From Alphaproteobacteria bacterium (GTDB lineage: Bacteria > Pseudomonadota > Alphaproteobacteria > JAJFIK01): a stretch of DNA of 50,830 nucleotides. The notes under the pieces were generated by a model. That model saw only the letters and a list, made by a program, of their open reading frames with translations, had not been told where the DNA came from and made no database searches. This document shows positions 6,779 through 16,379 of the stretch, piece by piece. Both the position numbers and the translations under genes were made by a program. Where the stretch lies: contig JANQLJ010000004.1 of assembly GCA_028280665.1 (NCBI GenBank), forward strand, positions 1-50,830, given 5' to 3'. Numbering within the stretch: position 1 is the stretch's first letter; each line of letters starts with the position of its first letter.

Positions 6779-8185
6779 ATGATGCCGCGTTCAGGATTTA
6801 AGAACTTATTGGGCGGAGCCGCCGTTATCGCGGTCACCGCCGGTCTGTTGGCATCGCCTGCCAGCGCTATATCGACACTCGAAGAAGCGCTGGTACAGAC
6901 CTATGAAACCAATCCAACTTTGCTGGCCGAACGGGCGCAATTGCGCGCGACTGACGAAGGCGTTGCGCAAGCGGCCTCGAACTGGCGGCCGACGGTGACG
7001 GTCACGGGAACGTTTACGGACACGGACTCTCGTGTGGACACGGGGCCGGGGTCTATTCCGAATGGCCCAAGCAATCTCATAAGCACTGACCGTCAGGATT
7101 ACACCGGCACCGTGGTCGCGACCCAAAACGTGTTCCGGGGATTTCGCAGCGTAAACGAGTTTCGTCAAGCGCAAGCGAATGTGCGCGCAGGGAGGGCCGG
7201 GCTTCATACAGTAGAGCAAACGGTTCTCTTGAGCGCGATCACGGCGTTTCTTGACGTGATCCGCGATCAGGCCGTGGTGGACTTACGGCACAACAACGTT
7301 GCCGTCTTGGAGCGGCAACTGGAAGCCTCGCAGGACCGTTTTGATCTTGGCGATGCGACGCGCACGGACGTTGCCCAATCGGAAGCGCGGCTGAGTTTTG
7401 CGCAAGCCAATCTCACGGGCGCCGAAGCTCAGCTCACCGCAAGCCGCGCGGCGTTCGAGCGTGTGATCGGCAGCGCGCCGAATTCTATTCTTGCGCCTGC
7501 AGACCTGCCCGGCATTCCGGAGGCGGAGGAAGAAGCTTTGCGGCTCGCCCTTGACAGCAATCCGGCCTTGCGGGCAGCGATTGAAGCGGAAACCGCCGCC
7601 CGCCGCGCGGTGGACATCGCGGTGGGCGGTTTGCTCCCCAGCGCCCGGGTGGACGTAACGCTTTCCCATTCCGAAGATGACGACAACCTTCAAACCCAAT
7701 CGGATAGCGCCACGATTACCGGTACGGTCACCGTTCCGCTTTATCAATCGGGCGCTGAGTACTCGGCAATCCGCCAAGCGCGCGAGAGCAGCAGTGCGGC
7801 CCGGATTAGGATTGCCGAAACCGAGCGGCAGATTCGTGAAGCTGTTGCGGTTGCTTGGGATACGCTCGTTTCGACTCAAAGTGTAATCACTTCGAGCGAG
7901 GAACAAGTGCGCGCCAACGAGATTGCCTTTGAAGGCGTGCAGCAAGAGGCGCAAGTCGGCTCCCGCACCCAGCTCGATGTGCTGAACGCCGAACAAGAGC
8001 TGCTTGATTCGCGGGTTGCCCTGGTGCGGGCGCAACGGGACGAGCAGGTGGCGGCATACCAGCTTGTCTCGGCAATTGGCGAGCTGACGGCCCAGGACTT
8101 GGCCCTTCCGGTGGAATACTATGATCCCGCGCGCCACTACCGGAATACCTGGTGGTTGCCCATCGGGTGGGGCGTTGGGCAATAA
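6779..8185 (+). CDS. tolC: TolC-family outer membrane efflux/type I secretion channel
   Basis: Signal peptide ...AGLLASPASA, then LEEALVQTYETNPTLLAERAQLRATDEGV. There are two internal repeats of the OEP domain, and the 468-aa length fits the family. Confidence 0.9.
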   Translation: MMPRSGFKNLLGGAAVIAVTAGLLASPASAISTLEEALVQTYETNPTLLAERAQLRATDEGVAQAASNWRPTVTVTGTFTDTDSRVDTGPGSIPNGPSNLISTDRQDYTGTVVATQNVFRGFRSVNEFRQAQANVRAGRAGLHTVEQTVLLSAITAFLDVIRDQAVVDLRHNNVAVLERQLEASQDRFDLGDATRTDVAQSEARLSFAQANLTGAEAQLTASRAAFERVIGSAPNSILAPADLPGIPEAEEEALRLALDSNPALRAAIEAETAARRAVDIAVGGLLPSARVDVTLSHSEDDDNLQTQSDSATITGTVTVPLYQSGAEYSAIRQARESSSAARIRIAETERQIREAVAVAWDTLVSTQSVITSSEEQVRANEIAFEGVQQEAQVGSRTQLDVLNAEQELLDSRVALVRAQRDEQVAAYQLVSAIGELTAQDLALPVEYYDPARHYRNTWWLPIGWGVGQ

Positions 8186-8310
8186 TCCCTTAAGCTCCGT
8201 TTCGTAACCTATAATTTGGCGTTTTGACGCTCGGCACTGGCAATCGGCGGCGAGCTGACTTACCGTTCGTCCCGTGCCCGATAGGCGATCGTGAAATTCG
8301 AGGGACCCCC

Positions 8311-9123
8311 ATGCCTGAGTCTGAAGCCGCACAAGAACCGACCATGGAGGAGATTCTGGCATCCATTCGCCGGATCATCTCCGAGGACCATGGCGACCAT
8401 CCTGCCGCCGATGCGATGGAGGGCGTGGAGGAAGAGGCGCCCACTGAGGAATTTGAGCCCGCGCCGCCCGAGCAACTTCACTCCGAAGAGCCTCAACCCG
8501 AGGCGTTTGAGCAGGAGCCTGAGCCGTTTGAGTCGGAAGAATTCCCATCTGAAGAGGATGCGCCCTTGCCGCAAGCCGAAGCGCCTGCTTCTCTCGTGCC
8601 GCAGCAGGAAGCCGCACCCCTGGTGCCTCTAGAAAACGAATCGTCCAATCCGAACGAGGAACGCTTTGCCTCGATCACCTCGGTCTTCGGCGCCCAGCCG
8701 GGCTATGAAGATGATGAGGATGAAGGCTACGAAGTTGAAGAACAGAGTTATGCCCCGTTGCAGCAGGATGAGCAGCCCGTTGAAGAGCCGCAGGTGTACA
8801 TAGAGGATCAACCCACGGTGCAGGCCGAACCGCAATATCATGAACCGGCCATCCAGCCGGTCGCGGCGCCCATGCCTCAGCCCTCGTTTGCCCAGGAGGT
8901 CGAGGATGAAGTTGCGGAGGAGCTTGTGAGCCCCACCACCCAAACCCAGGTTGCGGACATGATGGGGCAGTTGACCGGCGCAACACCGGTGGGCGAATCG
9001 CTCGAGGACCTCGTGCGCGATATGCTGCGGCCCATGCTGCAGCAATGGCTCGATCAGAACCTGCCCGTGATCGTGGAACGGCTTGTGGAACGCGAGATCA
9101 AGCGGGTAAGCCGGGGCAACTGA
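8311..9123 (+). CDS. popZ: Pole-organizing protein PopZ homologue (DUF2497)
   Basis: The N-terminus MPESEAAQEPTMEEILASIRRIISED closely matches Caulobacter PopZ. It has an acidic Pro/Glu-rich middle and a conserved C-terminus LEDLVRDMLRPMLQQWLDQNLPVIVERLVEREIKRV. I prefer ATG 8311 (GAGGGA SD) over the 8224 alternative-start extension in the ORF track. Confidence 0.8.
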   Translation: MPESEAAQEPTMEEILASIRRIISEDHGDHPAADAMEGVEEEAPTEEFEPAPPEQLHSEEPQPEAFEQEPEPFESEEFPSEEDAPLPQAEAPASLVPQQEAAPLVPLENESSNPNEERFASITSVFGAQPGYEDDEDEGYEVEEQSYAPLQQDEQPVEEPQVYIEDQPTVQAEPQYHEPAIQPVAAPMPQPSFAQEVEDEVAEELVSPTTQTQVADMMGQLTGATPVGESLEDLVRDMLRPMLQQWLDQNLPVIVERLVEREIKRVSRGN

Positions 9124-9149
9124 GGAGCCCGGAGAAACGGAACAAGACC

Positions 9150-9186
9150 GGCCGGGCTCCCCTTGGGCGCCCGGCCATTTTCTTTG
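9150..9186 (+). terminator. Rho-independent terminator after popZ
   Basis: GGCCGGGC (9150-9157) pairs with GCCCGGCC (9169-9176). The stem is followed by ATTTTCTTTG. Confidence 0.6.
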
Positions 9187-9261
9187 CGCGCTTGCTATTA
9201 GGGCGCAGTGCGGGCTAGGGGAACGAACAAGGAAAGCGGCGGAAAGACGCAAAGACAAGAC

Positions 9262-11916
9262 ATGCTCGAAAAGACCTTTGACCCCAAAGAAGTCGAGCCG
9301 CGCCTCTATGAGGCGTGGGAGGCCTCGGGCGCCTTCAAACCGGGGGACCACCCTGATGCCGACCCCTTCTGCATTGTCATCCCGCCCCCCAATGTGACGG
9401 GCAGCCTTCACATGGGTCATGCCCTCAACAACACGCTGCAGGACATTCTGGTGCGCTATGAGCGGATGCGCGGCAAGGACGTCCTCTGGCAGACGGGCAT
9501 GGATCATGCGGGCATTGCCACGCAAATGGTGGTCGAACGCCAGCTCGAAGAGGATGGCGGCAACATGTCCCGCCGCGACATGGGGCGCGAGGCTTTCATT
9601 GAGCGGGCCTGGCAATGGAAGGAAGAAAGCGGCGGCACCATCTTCAACCAATTGCGGCGGCTGGGCGCATCATGCGACTGGAGCCGCGAGCGCTTCACCA
9701 TGGACGAAGGGCTTTCAAAGGCGGTTTTGAAAGTGTTCGTCAGCCTCTACCGCGAAGGCCTCATCTATAAAGACAAGCGTCTGGTCAATTGGGACCCCAA
9801 GCTCCAAACCGCCATTTCCGACCTTGAGGTTGTGAGCCGCGAAACCGCGGGCCACCTCTGGCACTTCAAATACCCCATCGAGGGCGAAGAAAGCCGGTTC
9901 ATTACCGTCGCCACCACCCGGCCCGAAACCATGCTGGGGGATACGGGCGTTGCGGTTCACCCCGATGATGATCGGTACAAAGACCTTGTAGGCAAGCACG
10001 CGGTGCTGCCCATTGTGGGGCGCAAACTTCCCATCGTGGCAGACGACTACGCTGATCCTGAACAAGGTACGGGCGCGGTGAAAATCACGCCGGCGCACGA
10101 TTTCAACGACTTCGAAGTGGGCCGCCGTCAGGGGCTCGAAATGGTCAACATCTTCGACGCCCAAGCGCATACCAACGAAAACGTGCCCGAAGCCTGGCGC
10201 GGGATCGAGCGCTTTGAAGCGCGCAAAAAAGTGGTTGCCGAGATGGAGCGGCTTGGCCTGCTGGCCGCGGTGGAAGATCACGCCCATCAGGTGCCTTACG
10301 GTGATCGCTCCGGCGATGTGGTGGAGCCGTGGCTTACGGACCAGTGGTACGTGGACGCCAAGACCTTGGCGCAGCCTGCGCTCGAAGCGGTGCGCCGGGG
10401 TGAGACCGTATTTGTCCCACGCAACTGGGAAAAGACTTATTTTGAGTGGCTCGAAAACATTCAGCCCTGGTGCGTTTCGCGCCAGCTTTGGTGGGGGCAT
10501 CAAATCCCGGCTTGGTACGCCGAAGACGGTGAGGTTTTCGTGGCTGAAACCGCTGAAGAAGCACTGGCACAAGCGGAAAAACATTTTGGCCGCAAGGTGA
10601 ATCTTCAGCGCGATGAAGACGTGCTTGACACCTGGTTCTCATCCGCCCTTTGGCCGTTCTCGACCTTGGGCTGGCCGGACGAGACGCCGGAGCTGAAGCG
10701 TTTTTACAAGACGGACGTGCTGGTCACGGGCTTTGACATCATCTTCTTCTGGGTCGCGCGCATGATGATGATGGGACTGCATTTCATGAACGAAGTGCCG
10801 TTCCACACGGTCTATATCCATGCGCTGGTGCGCGATGAGAAGGGGCAGAAGATGTCCAAGTCCAAGGGGAACATCGTCAATCCCCTTGAGCTTATGGACG
10901 AGTTCGGCGCGGACGCGCTGCGCTTCACCCTGGCGGCCATGGCGGCGCAAGGAAGGGACATCAAGCTCGCCAAATCGCGCATCGAGGGCTACCGCAACTT
11001 CGGCACCAAGCTGTGGAACGCAACCCGCTTTTGCGAAATGAACGAATGCGCGATTGATGCGAACTTCGATCCTTCAAAACTTGAAGGCACGGTCAACAAA
11101 TGGATCGTGGGCGAGACGGCGCGCGCGGTTGCGGCGGTAAGCGCGGGCGTCGAGGGCTACAGGTTTAATGAAGCGGCGGGCGCGGCCTACCGGTTTGTGT
11201 GGAACATCTTCTGTGACTGGTTTTTGGAGTTTTCCAAACCGGCGCTCACCGGTGGCGATGACAAGGCCAAACAAGAAACCCGTGCGACCGCGGCCTGGGT
11301 GCGGGATCAGGCCTTGCGGCTTCTTCACCCCTTCATGCCTTTCATTACCGAAGAGCTTTGGGCGCGGTCGGAGCGGCGGGAGAACATGCTGATCGTTGAG
11401 TCTTGGCCCGCGCCGGACGTTGCGCTTTTCGACAAGGCCGCTCACGAAGAGATGGAATGGGTGATCGAGCTTATCTCGGAAATCCGCTCCGTGCGTTCGG
11501 AGATGAATGTTCCCGCGGCCTCGAAAGTGCCGCTTCTCATCAAAGGCGCGGACGACGCAGTGCGGCGGCGGCTTGAGATGCACGAATCTCTCATTGAGGT
11601 GCTGGCCCGCGTTTCCTCCATAACGGAGACAGCGGCGATCCCCGAAAAAGCAGTGCAGATCGTGTTGGGCGATGTGCTGGCGATTCTGCCGCTCGCGGAC
11701 GTGATCGATCTCGATCAGGAATGCGTCCGTCTGGAAAAGGAACTTGGTAAGACCCAAGGCGAGATCAAAAAGATCGACGGTAAGCTCTCCAACGCGCAAT
11801 TCCTTTCCAAGGCTCCCGAACATGTGATCGAGGAGCAGCGCGCCCGCCGCTCGGAGGCCGAAGCCCTCGCCGCCAAGCTGGAAGATGCGCTGAACCGCCT
11901 TAAAGGCGCGGCGTGA
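9262..11916 (+). CDS. valS: Valine--tRNA ligase
   Basis: Class I HIGH ([13 protein letters not shown]) and KMSKS motifs, a ValRS-type editing domain and a C-terminal coiled coil. The start [16 protein letters not shown] at 9262 is preferred over the 9208 extension. Confidence 0.97.
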   Translation: MLEKTFDPKEVEPRLYEAWEASGAFKPGDHPDADPFCIVIPPPNVTGSLHMGHALNNTLQDILVRYERMRGKDVLWQTGMDHAGIATQMVVERQLEEDGGNMSRRDMGREAFIERAWQWKEESGGTIFNQLRRLGASCDWSRERFTMDEGLSKAVLKVFVSLYREGLIYKDKRLVNWDPKLQTAISDLEVVSRETAGHLWHFKYPIEGEESRFITVATTRPETMLGDTGVAVHPDDDRYKDLVGKHAVLPIVGRKLPIVADDYADPEQGTGAVKITPAHDFNDFEVGRRQGLEMVNIFDAQAHTNENVPEAWRGIERFEARKKVVAEMERLGLLAAVEDHAHQVPYGDRSGDVVEPWLTDQWYVDAKTLAQPALEAVRRGETVFVPRNWEKTYFEWLENIQPWCVSRQLWWGHQIPAWYAEDGEVFVAETAEEALAQAEKHFGRKVNLQRDEDVLDTWFSSALWPFSTLGWPDETPELKRFYKTDVLVTGFDIIFFWVARMMMMGLHFMNEVPFHTVYIHALVRDEKGQKMSKSKGNIVNPLELMDEFGADALRFTLAAMAAQGRDIKLAKSRIEGYRNFGTKLWNATRFCEMNECAIDANFDPSKLEGTVNKWIVGETARAVAAVSAGVEGYRFNEAAGAAYRFVWNIFCDWFLEFSKPALTGGDDKAKQETRATAAWVRDQALRLLHPFMPFITEELWARSERRENMLIVESWPAPDVALFDKAAHEEMEWVIELISEIRSVRSEMNVPAASKVPLLIKGADDAVRRRLEMHESLIEVLARVSSITETAAIPEKAVQIVLGDVLAILPLADVIDLDQECVRLEKELGKTQGEIKKIDGKLSNAQFLSKAPEHVIEEQRARRSEAEALAAKLEDALNRLKGAA

Positions 11917-11972
11917 TCTTTCTCGGCTCTTTGTGCTAATCTCCCAGGCGGGGCCTCTGGAGATGATTGATC

Positions 11973-12764
11973 ATGCGTAGCTTTGTCATCGCCGCGCTCG
12001 CGGCATGTCTTCTGTTTGGAGCGCCTGCGGCGCGCGCCGATATGGCCGAGGCGCAGCAAGCCTATGCCAATGGCGACTTCACGCGCGCGGTGGAGCTTTG
12101 GCAAGACGAAGCTGCTGCCGGCGATGCGGATGCTGCCTGGTATGTTGGCAACATGTTTGTCGACGGATTGGGTGTCGGTTATCCCGATCCCACCTTGGCG
12201 GCGATCTACTATCAAATGGCGGTGGATCAGGGTCACGCCGAAGCCCAGGTCAGTTTGGGGCTTCTTCATATCCAGGGCCGCGGCGTGGAGCAGGATTATC
12301 ACCGCGCTGTTGAATTGCTTTATGACGCAGCCGAAGCAGGGCACGCAGTGGCAATAGTGGAGCTTGCCAACCTCTTTGCGGAGGGGGTACCGAACGAAGT
12401 CATAAAAAGCGAGCCTCATGCTTTCGAATGGTATGGGGTTGCGGCGAGTCAGGGCATCGTGTTTGCGCAGATGCGGCTTGGGCAATTCTACTTCCACGGC
12501 ATCGGCGCCCCGCAGGACCAGCAAGCAGGGCTTATGTGGATTGGCGTTGCGCGCGAGGTCGCACGCTCAAGAAGCGAGCCTTATTGGTCAAACCGTGTCT
12601 ATCCACTCGATGCGGAGATCGGCGCTGACGATGATGGCGTGCCCACAACGCTGCGCGATGCGGTCGCGGCGCTCTATGACGACTATGTCTCGCAAGTCTC
12701 GCCCGAGACCGCCGTGGACGCGCAGCAGGCGGCGCTTGCCTGGATCGCCGAACGGGCCAACTAG
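11973..12764 (+). CDS. Secreted Sel1-repeat (TPR-like) protein
   Basis: Signal peptide MRSFVIAALAACLLFGAPAARA, followed by repeated A..YY..AA..G...AQ..LG..Y..G.GV..D Sel1 units. Confidence 0.85.
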   Translation: MRSFVIAALAACLLFGAPAARADMAEAQQAYANGDFTRAVELWQDEAAAGDADAAWYVGNMFVDGLGVGYPDPTLAAIYYQMAVDQGHAEAQVSLGLLHIQGRGVEQDYHRAVELLYDAAEAGHAVAIVELANLFAEGVPNEVIKSEPHAFEWYGVAASQGIVFAQMRLGQFYFHGIGAPQDQQAGLMWIGVAREVARSRSEPYWSNRVYPLDAEIGADDDGVPTTLRDAVAALYDDYVSQVSPETAVDAQQAALAWIAERAN

Positions 12765-13549
12765 ACACCGAGTTCAATCCAAACCGGAACGTGGTCGGAA
12801 GGCCGCTCCCATCCGCGTACGTGCTTGTCGATATCGCAGGCTTGCAGACGGTCTGCGGCTTGCGGCGAGAGCAGCAGGTGATCGATCCGGATGCCGTGGT
12901 CCTTTTGCCAGGCGCCGCGCTGATAGTCCCAAAAGGTGTAGCGGTGTGGCTCGGCGTGGGCCGTGCGGAAGGCATCGGTAAACCCGCGATAGACGAGGTC
13001 CTGAAACGCGGCTCTTGTTTCAGGAAGAAACAGCGCATCGTCCGCCCAGGCCTTGGCATCGTGAACATCATCCGGAGACGGAATGACGTTAAAGTCACCG
13101 GCGAGGACGAGCGGTTCTTCATAGGCCAGGAGCTTCTCGGCGTGCTTGCCGAGGCGCGCCATCCATTTCAGCTTGTAGTCGTATTTCTCGCCGGGCGCGG
13201 GGTTGCCATTGGGCAAATAAATCGACGCGACCCGGACCGCGCCGTTTGTCGTTGACACAACTGCTTCCAGATACCGCGCCTGTTCGTCCGACTTGTCACC
13301 GGGCAGGCGAGGGCTCACGTCTTCGAGGGGCAGACGCGAGAGGATCGCCACGCCGTTATAGGTCTTCTGACCATGAACGGCGACGTTGTAGCCAAGCTCC
13401 TCGAACGCCGCCGCGGGGAAGTTCTCGTCAACGCACTTGAGTTCTTGCAGGCAGACCACGTCGGGCTCGGCTTCCTTGAGCCACGTGGCCACGTGCTCGG
13501 CGCGCGCCTTGATGGAATTGACGTTCCAGGTTGCGATTTTCAAAGGCAT
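12761..13549 (-). CDS. xthA: Exodeoxyribonuclease III
   Basis: MPLKIATWNVNSIKAR...VVCLQELK...GDFNV...SDHVPVWIEL are canonical ExoIII/AP-endonuclease motifs. Confidence 0.93.
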   Translation of the reverse strand: MPLKIATWNVNSIKARAEHVATWLKEAEPDVVCLQELKCVDENFPAAAFEELGYNVAVHGQKTYNGVAILSRLPLEDVSPRLPGDKSDEQARYLEAVVSTTNGAVRVASIYLPNGNPAPGEKYDYKLKWMARLGKHAEKLLAYEEPLVLAGDFNVIPSPDDVHDAKAWADDALFLPETRAAFQDLVYRGFTDAFRTAHAEPHRYTFWDYQRGAWQKDHGIRIDHLLLSPQAADRLQACDIDKHVRGWERPSDHVPVWIELGV

Positions 13550-13598
13550 GTCTCCCCGTCAGCGAGGGGAAGAGCCGTATCACGATTTTCGGGGAAGA

Positions 13599-13943
13599 TT
13601 AAACCGCGAAGGAGGTGCCGCAGCCGCATGCGCTCTGGGCGTTGGGATTCTTGATCTGAAATGACGCGCCGATCAGCTCGTCAACATAATCGATTTCCGA
13701 GCCCGCCAGGAATTCCAGCGACATGGCGTCGATCCAGACGGTCGCGCCGTCCCGTTCGAGCACAAGATCGTCTTCGGCGGGGGCCCCTTCGTCCAGATTA
13801 AAGGTGTACTGAAACCCCGAGCAGCCGCCGCCAATGACGCCGATGCGCAAAACGGTGCCGGGCGCCTCACTTTCGAGCACCTTGAGGATTTGCGCGGCGG
13901 CGCGCCTTGAAAGCGTCACCGGGGTTTCGAGAATCTCGGCCAT
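13599..13943 (-). CDS. erpA: Iron-sulfur cluster insertion protein (HesB/IscA/ErpA family)
   Basis: GGGCSGFQY and the C-terminal NPNAQSACGCGTSF cysteine motif. The start MAEILE at 13943 has GAAGGAAA SD. The ORF-track start at 14045 is an upstream extension overlapping the dgt start. Confidence 0.88.
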   Translation of the reverse strand: MAEILETPVTLSRRAAAQILKVLESEAPGTVLRIGVIGGGCSGFQYTFNLDEGAPAEDDLVLERDGATVWIDAMSLEFLAGSEIDYVDELIGASFQIKNPNAQSACGCGTSFAV

Positions 13944-14037
13944 GGGTTTTTCCTTCACTCCCGCCAAAGATAGGGTAGGCGGCGCGGATTTCAAACCACC
14001 TAATGCGATTGCGTGTGGGAAGTGGTAAAAGCGCGCC

Positions 14038-15231
14038 ATGGACAAACCTGAACTTGTGGGCGCGGCGGCCTATGCCCCTTTTGCCTGCCGGCCTGATGAG
14101 AGCCGGGGGCGGCTCCACGCCGAAGACGAAAGTCCCACCCGAAGCTGCTTCCAGAGGGACCGGGACAGGATCATTCACTCGTCGGTCTTCCGGCGTCTCA
14201 TGCACAAGACGCAAGTGTTCGTCTATCACGAGGGCGACTACTTCAGGACCCGGCTGACCCATTCACTGGAAGTGGCGCAGATCGCCCGGTCCATCGCGCG
14301 GGCCTTACGCATCGACGAGGACCTGGCCGAAGCCCTTGCGCTCGCCCATGACCTTGGCCATCCGCCTTTCGGCCATGCGGGGGAGGAAACGCTGGAGGAG
14401 TGCATGGCGCAGTTCGGCGGCTTTGATCACAACGCCTTTGCCTTGCGCCATGTTACCGAACTGGAACAGCGGTACGCGGCCTTCGATGGCTTGAATCTCA
14501 CGTGGGAGGCGCTTGAAGGGATCGTCAAGCACAACGGACCGCTGCTATCTGGCAGCGCATTTGAACCCGTTCCCGATGCCATCCTTGGATTTAATGCCAA
14601 ATGGGATCTTGAGCTTGGAACTTACGCATCGGTTGAAGCGCAAGTGGCGGCGCTTTCCGATGACATCGCTTACAACAATCACGACCTTGATGATGGTTTG
14701 CGCGCGGGGCTTTTCACTTATGAAGACATCGAGGCGCTGCCGCTGATCTGCGATCTGGCAAAAGAGGTCAAATCGAAATACCCGGACCTCACTGGCAAGC
14801 GGTTGCGGCATGAGACCATCCGGCGGCTGATTACTTTCATGATCAATGACCTACTTGCGGAAACGGGCCGCCGCATCGGCGAAGTGCGCCCTGAGACGGT
14901 GGATGACGTTCGCGAAATTGGCTGTCCGCTGGTGGCTTTCTCGGACGATCTCAAAAAGGCGGATAAGGAACTCCGCGCGTTCTTGTTCGCCAACATGTAC
15001 CGCCACTACCGGGTCAACCGCTCGATCAGCAAGGCCAAGCGGGTGGTATCCGAGCTGTTCGGGCTGTTTCTCTCGGAACCCGGCGTCCTTCCCGCCGAAT
15101 GGCAGACCCTCTGCGGGGGGGCGGGGTCGGCACAGACTGCGCGGGTCGTGTGCGACTATATCGCCGGTATGACCGACCGCTACGCACTGCTTGAGCACAA
15201 ACGGCTGTTTGGTGCCGGGCCCTCGGTCTGA
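14038..15231 (+). CDS. dgt: Deoxyguanosinetriphosphate triphosphohydrolase-like HD-domain protein
   Basis: FQRDRDRIIHS, RTRLTHSLEVAQIARSIA, HDLGHPPFGH and DDIAYNNHDLDDG motifs. Confidence 0.9.
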   Translation: MDKPELVGAAAYAPFACRPDESRGRLHAEDESPTRSCFQRDRDRIIHSSVFRRLMHKTQVFVYHEGDYFRTRLTHSLEVAQIARSIARALRIDEDLAEALALAHDLGHPPFGHAGEETLEECMAQFGGFDHNAFALRHVTELEQRYAAFDGLNLTWEALEGIVKHNGPLLSGSAFEPVPDAILGFNAKWDLELGTYASVEAQVAALSDDIAYNNHDLDDGLRAGLFTYEDIEALPLICDLAKEVKSKYPDLTGKRLRHETIRRLITFMINDLLAETGRRIGEVRPETVDDVREIGCPLVAFSDDLKKADKELRAFLFANMYRHYRVNRSISKAKRVVSELFGLFLSEPGVLPAEWQTLCGGAGSAQTARVVCDYIAGMTDRYALLEHKRLFGAGPSV

Positions 15232-15342
15232 TTCGGGGTCTGTACCTGCCCAACATTTGCCCCTTTACAAGCGGAAGACGTAAACTCATCGTCACATTGG
15301 CGAGTCGGCCCTGGGCAATACCCCCGGGGCCGGGAGAGGTGG

Positions 15343-16347
15343 ATGACTAGTACCGATTACGATATCGAGCGGGCGGTCTATCAGACTCCGTCCAACGACG
15401 ACGATCTTTACGACGAATACGATGACGAAGAAGGCTTTGGCCGCGGGCCGGTGTTCGCGATTTTCGCGGTCATCGTGCTGGCGGCATTCGTGGGCATCGT
15501 TTGGCTTGCCTATCAGCAAGGGCTGCGCCAGGGGCAGATGTCTTCACCGCCCATCATCACGGCCTCCGCTGATCCCATAAAGGTCGAACCTGAAAATCCA
15601 CAAGGCATGGCGGAGCCGGTGGAAACGCTGGCCGACGAGGTTCTTGCCGGCGCCGCTCCGGCCGAGGAGGTTGCAGCTGTCACCTCGTCACGGGAAGAAC
15701 CGCTTGAGGTTCCCCCGCCGAGCCTCACCACAAGCCAAAGCTCCCCCGATCTGCGTGCGTCCTCCGCGTCCGAGCCCACGGACCCGAACGCCGATAGCCC
15801 GCTCATCGTACCGGCGCCTTCCGAAGGCATTGCCGTTGCGGGATCGGACGCAGCAACTGCGGGGCCGCCAGCGGGCATAGGCCTTGCCGATGAGCCGGCC
15901 GCGCAGGCAGCTTTGGAGCAAGAGGCTGTTTCCGAGCCGGTGGTCGAGGATGAGCCAGCGGAAGTGGAAACCGCGGGACTTATGACTGTCCCGCCGCCCA
16001 GTACCGGCCCAGCCGTGCAAGACACACCTCAAGGTCCCCCCGCGCTGGGGCCGGTTGAGGAAACGGTCGCGGCCCGCCCGGCCAATGTGGCGCCTACGCC
16101 GATCTACCTGGTGCAAGTGGCGAGCGTGCCCGAGCGCGCCAATGCCGATGCCGTGTGGCAAACCTTGCAGAACCGATACGTCGATATCGTTGCGGGATAT
16201 GCGCAAGACGTGCGCGCGGTGGATCTTGGGGAGCGGGGCACCTGGTATCGCTTGCGCATCGGCTTTTTCGCGAGCCAGGACGACGCGACCCGGGTCTGCA
16301 ACGAGCTCAAGGACGCGGGCCAGGACTGCCTGGTGACATCGGAATAG
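15343..16347 (+). CDS. SPOR-domain (peptidoglycan-binding) membrane protein with a long Pro/Ala/Glu-rich linker
   Basis: One TM (VFAIFAVIVLAAFVGIVWLAY), a low-complexity linker, and a C-terminal SPOR domain IYLVQVASVPERANADAVWQTL...WYRLRIGFFASQDDATRVCNELK. Confidence 0.85.
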   Translation: MTSTDYDIERAVYQTPSNDDDLYDEYDDEEGFGRGPVFAIFAVIVLAAFVGIVWLAYQQGLRQGQMSSPPIITASADPIKVEPENPQGMAEPVETLADEVLAGAAPAEEVAAVTSSREEPLEVPPPSLTTSQSSPDLRASSASEPTDPNADSPLIVPAPSEGIAVAGSDAATAGPPAGIGLADEPAAQAALEQEAVSEPVVEDEPAEVETAGLMTVPPPSTGPAVQDTPQGPPALGPVEETVAARPANVAPTPIYLVQVASVPERANADAVWQTLQNRYVDIVAGYAQDVRAVDLGERGTWYRLRIGFFASQDDATRVCNELKDAGQDCLVTSE

Positions 16348-16379
16348 CGGCACATCATCGAGCGCAGAAGGGCAGGGCC

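Noticed and set aside
6367-6837. A 156-aa minus-strand ORF spanning the pcm-like/tolC spacer
   Set aside because: It overlaps the 3' end of the pcm-like gene and the tolC signal-peptide region. It has an odd composition, no SD and no recognisable motif, so it is probably a chance ORF.
8224-8310. N-terminal extensions offered by the ORF track. Examples are popZ from 8224, valS from 9208, erpA from 14045, nagZ from 16155, amidase 2 from 31832, the small membrane protein from 38157, ppiB from 43018 and tgt from 44613.
   Set aside because: The extensions use alternative start codons, overlap neighbouring genes or lack an SD. In each case an internal ATG with an SD gives the conserved family N-terminus.
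8400-8900. Acidic Pro/Glu-rich low-complexity DNA in popZ (and similar PAE-rich DNA in the SPOR gene, 15540-16080) considered as tandem repeats
   Set aside because: There is no fixed period or repeated unit at the DNA level. This is compositional bias from disordered linkers expected in these proteins.
7283-9651. Long antisense ORFs (7283-8362 and 8629-9651, minus strand) opposite tolC, popZ and valS
   Set aside because: These are Arg/Gly/Ala/Pro-rich shadow ORFs typical of the antisense frame of high-GC genes, while the sense genes have unmistakable family motifs. The same reasoning rejects 683-1087, 822-1532, 1718-2353, 2308-3030, 9715-10584, 11074-11823, 11715-12524, 15688-16353, 17216-18058, 18279-18950, 21771-22586, 25248-25817, 25977-26582, 28017-28646, 28677-29765, 30861-31769, 33527-34345, 35210-35830, 35850-36650 and 44949-45473.
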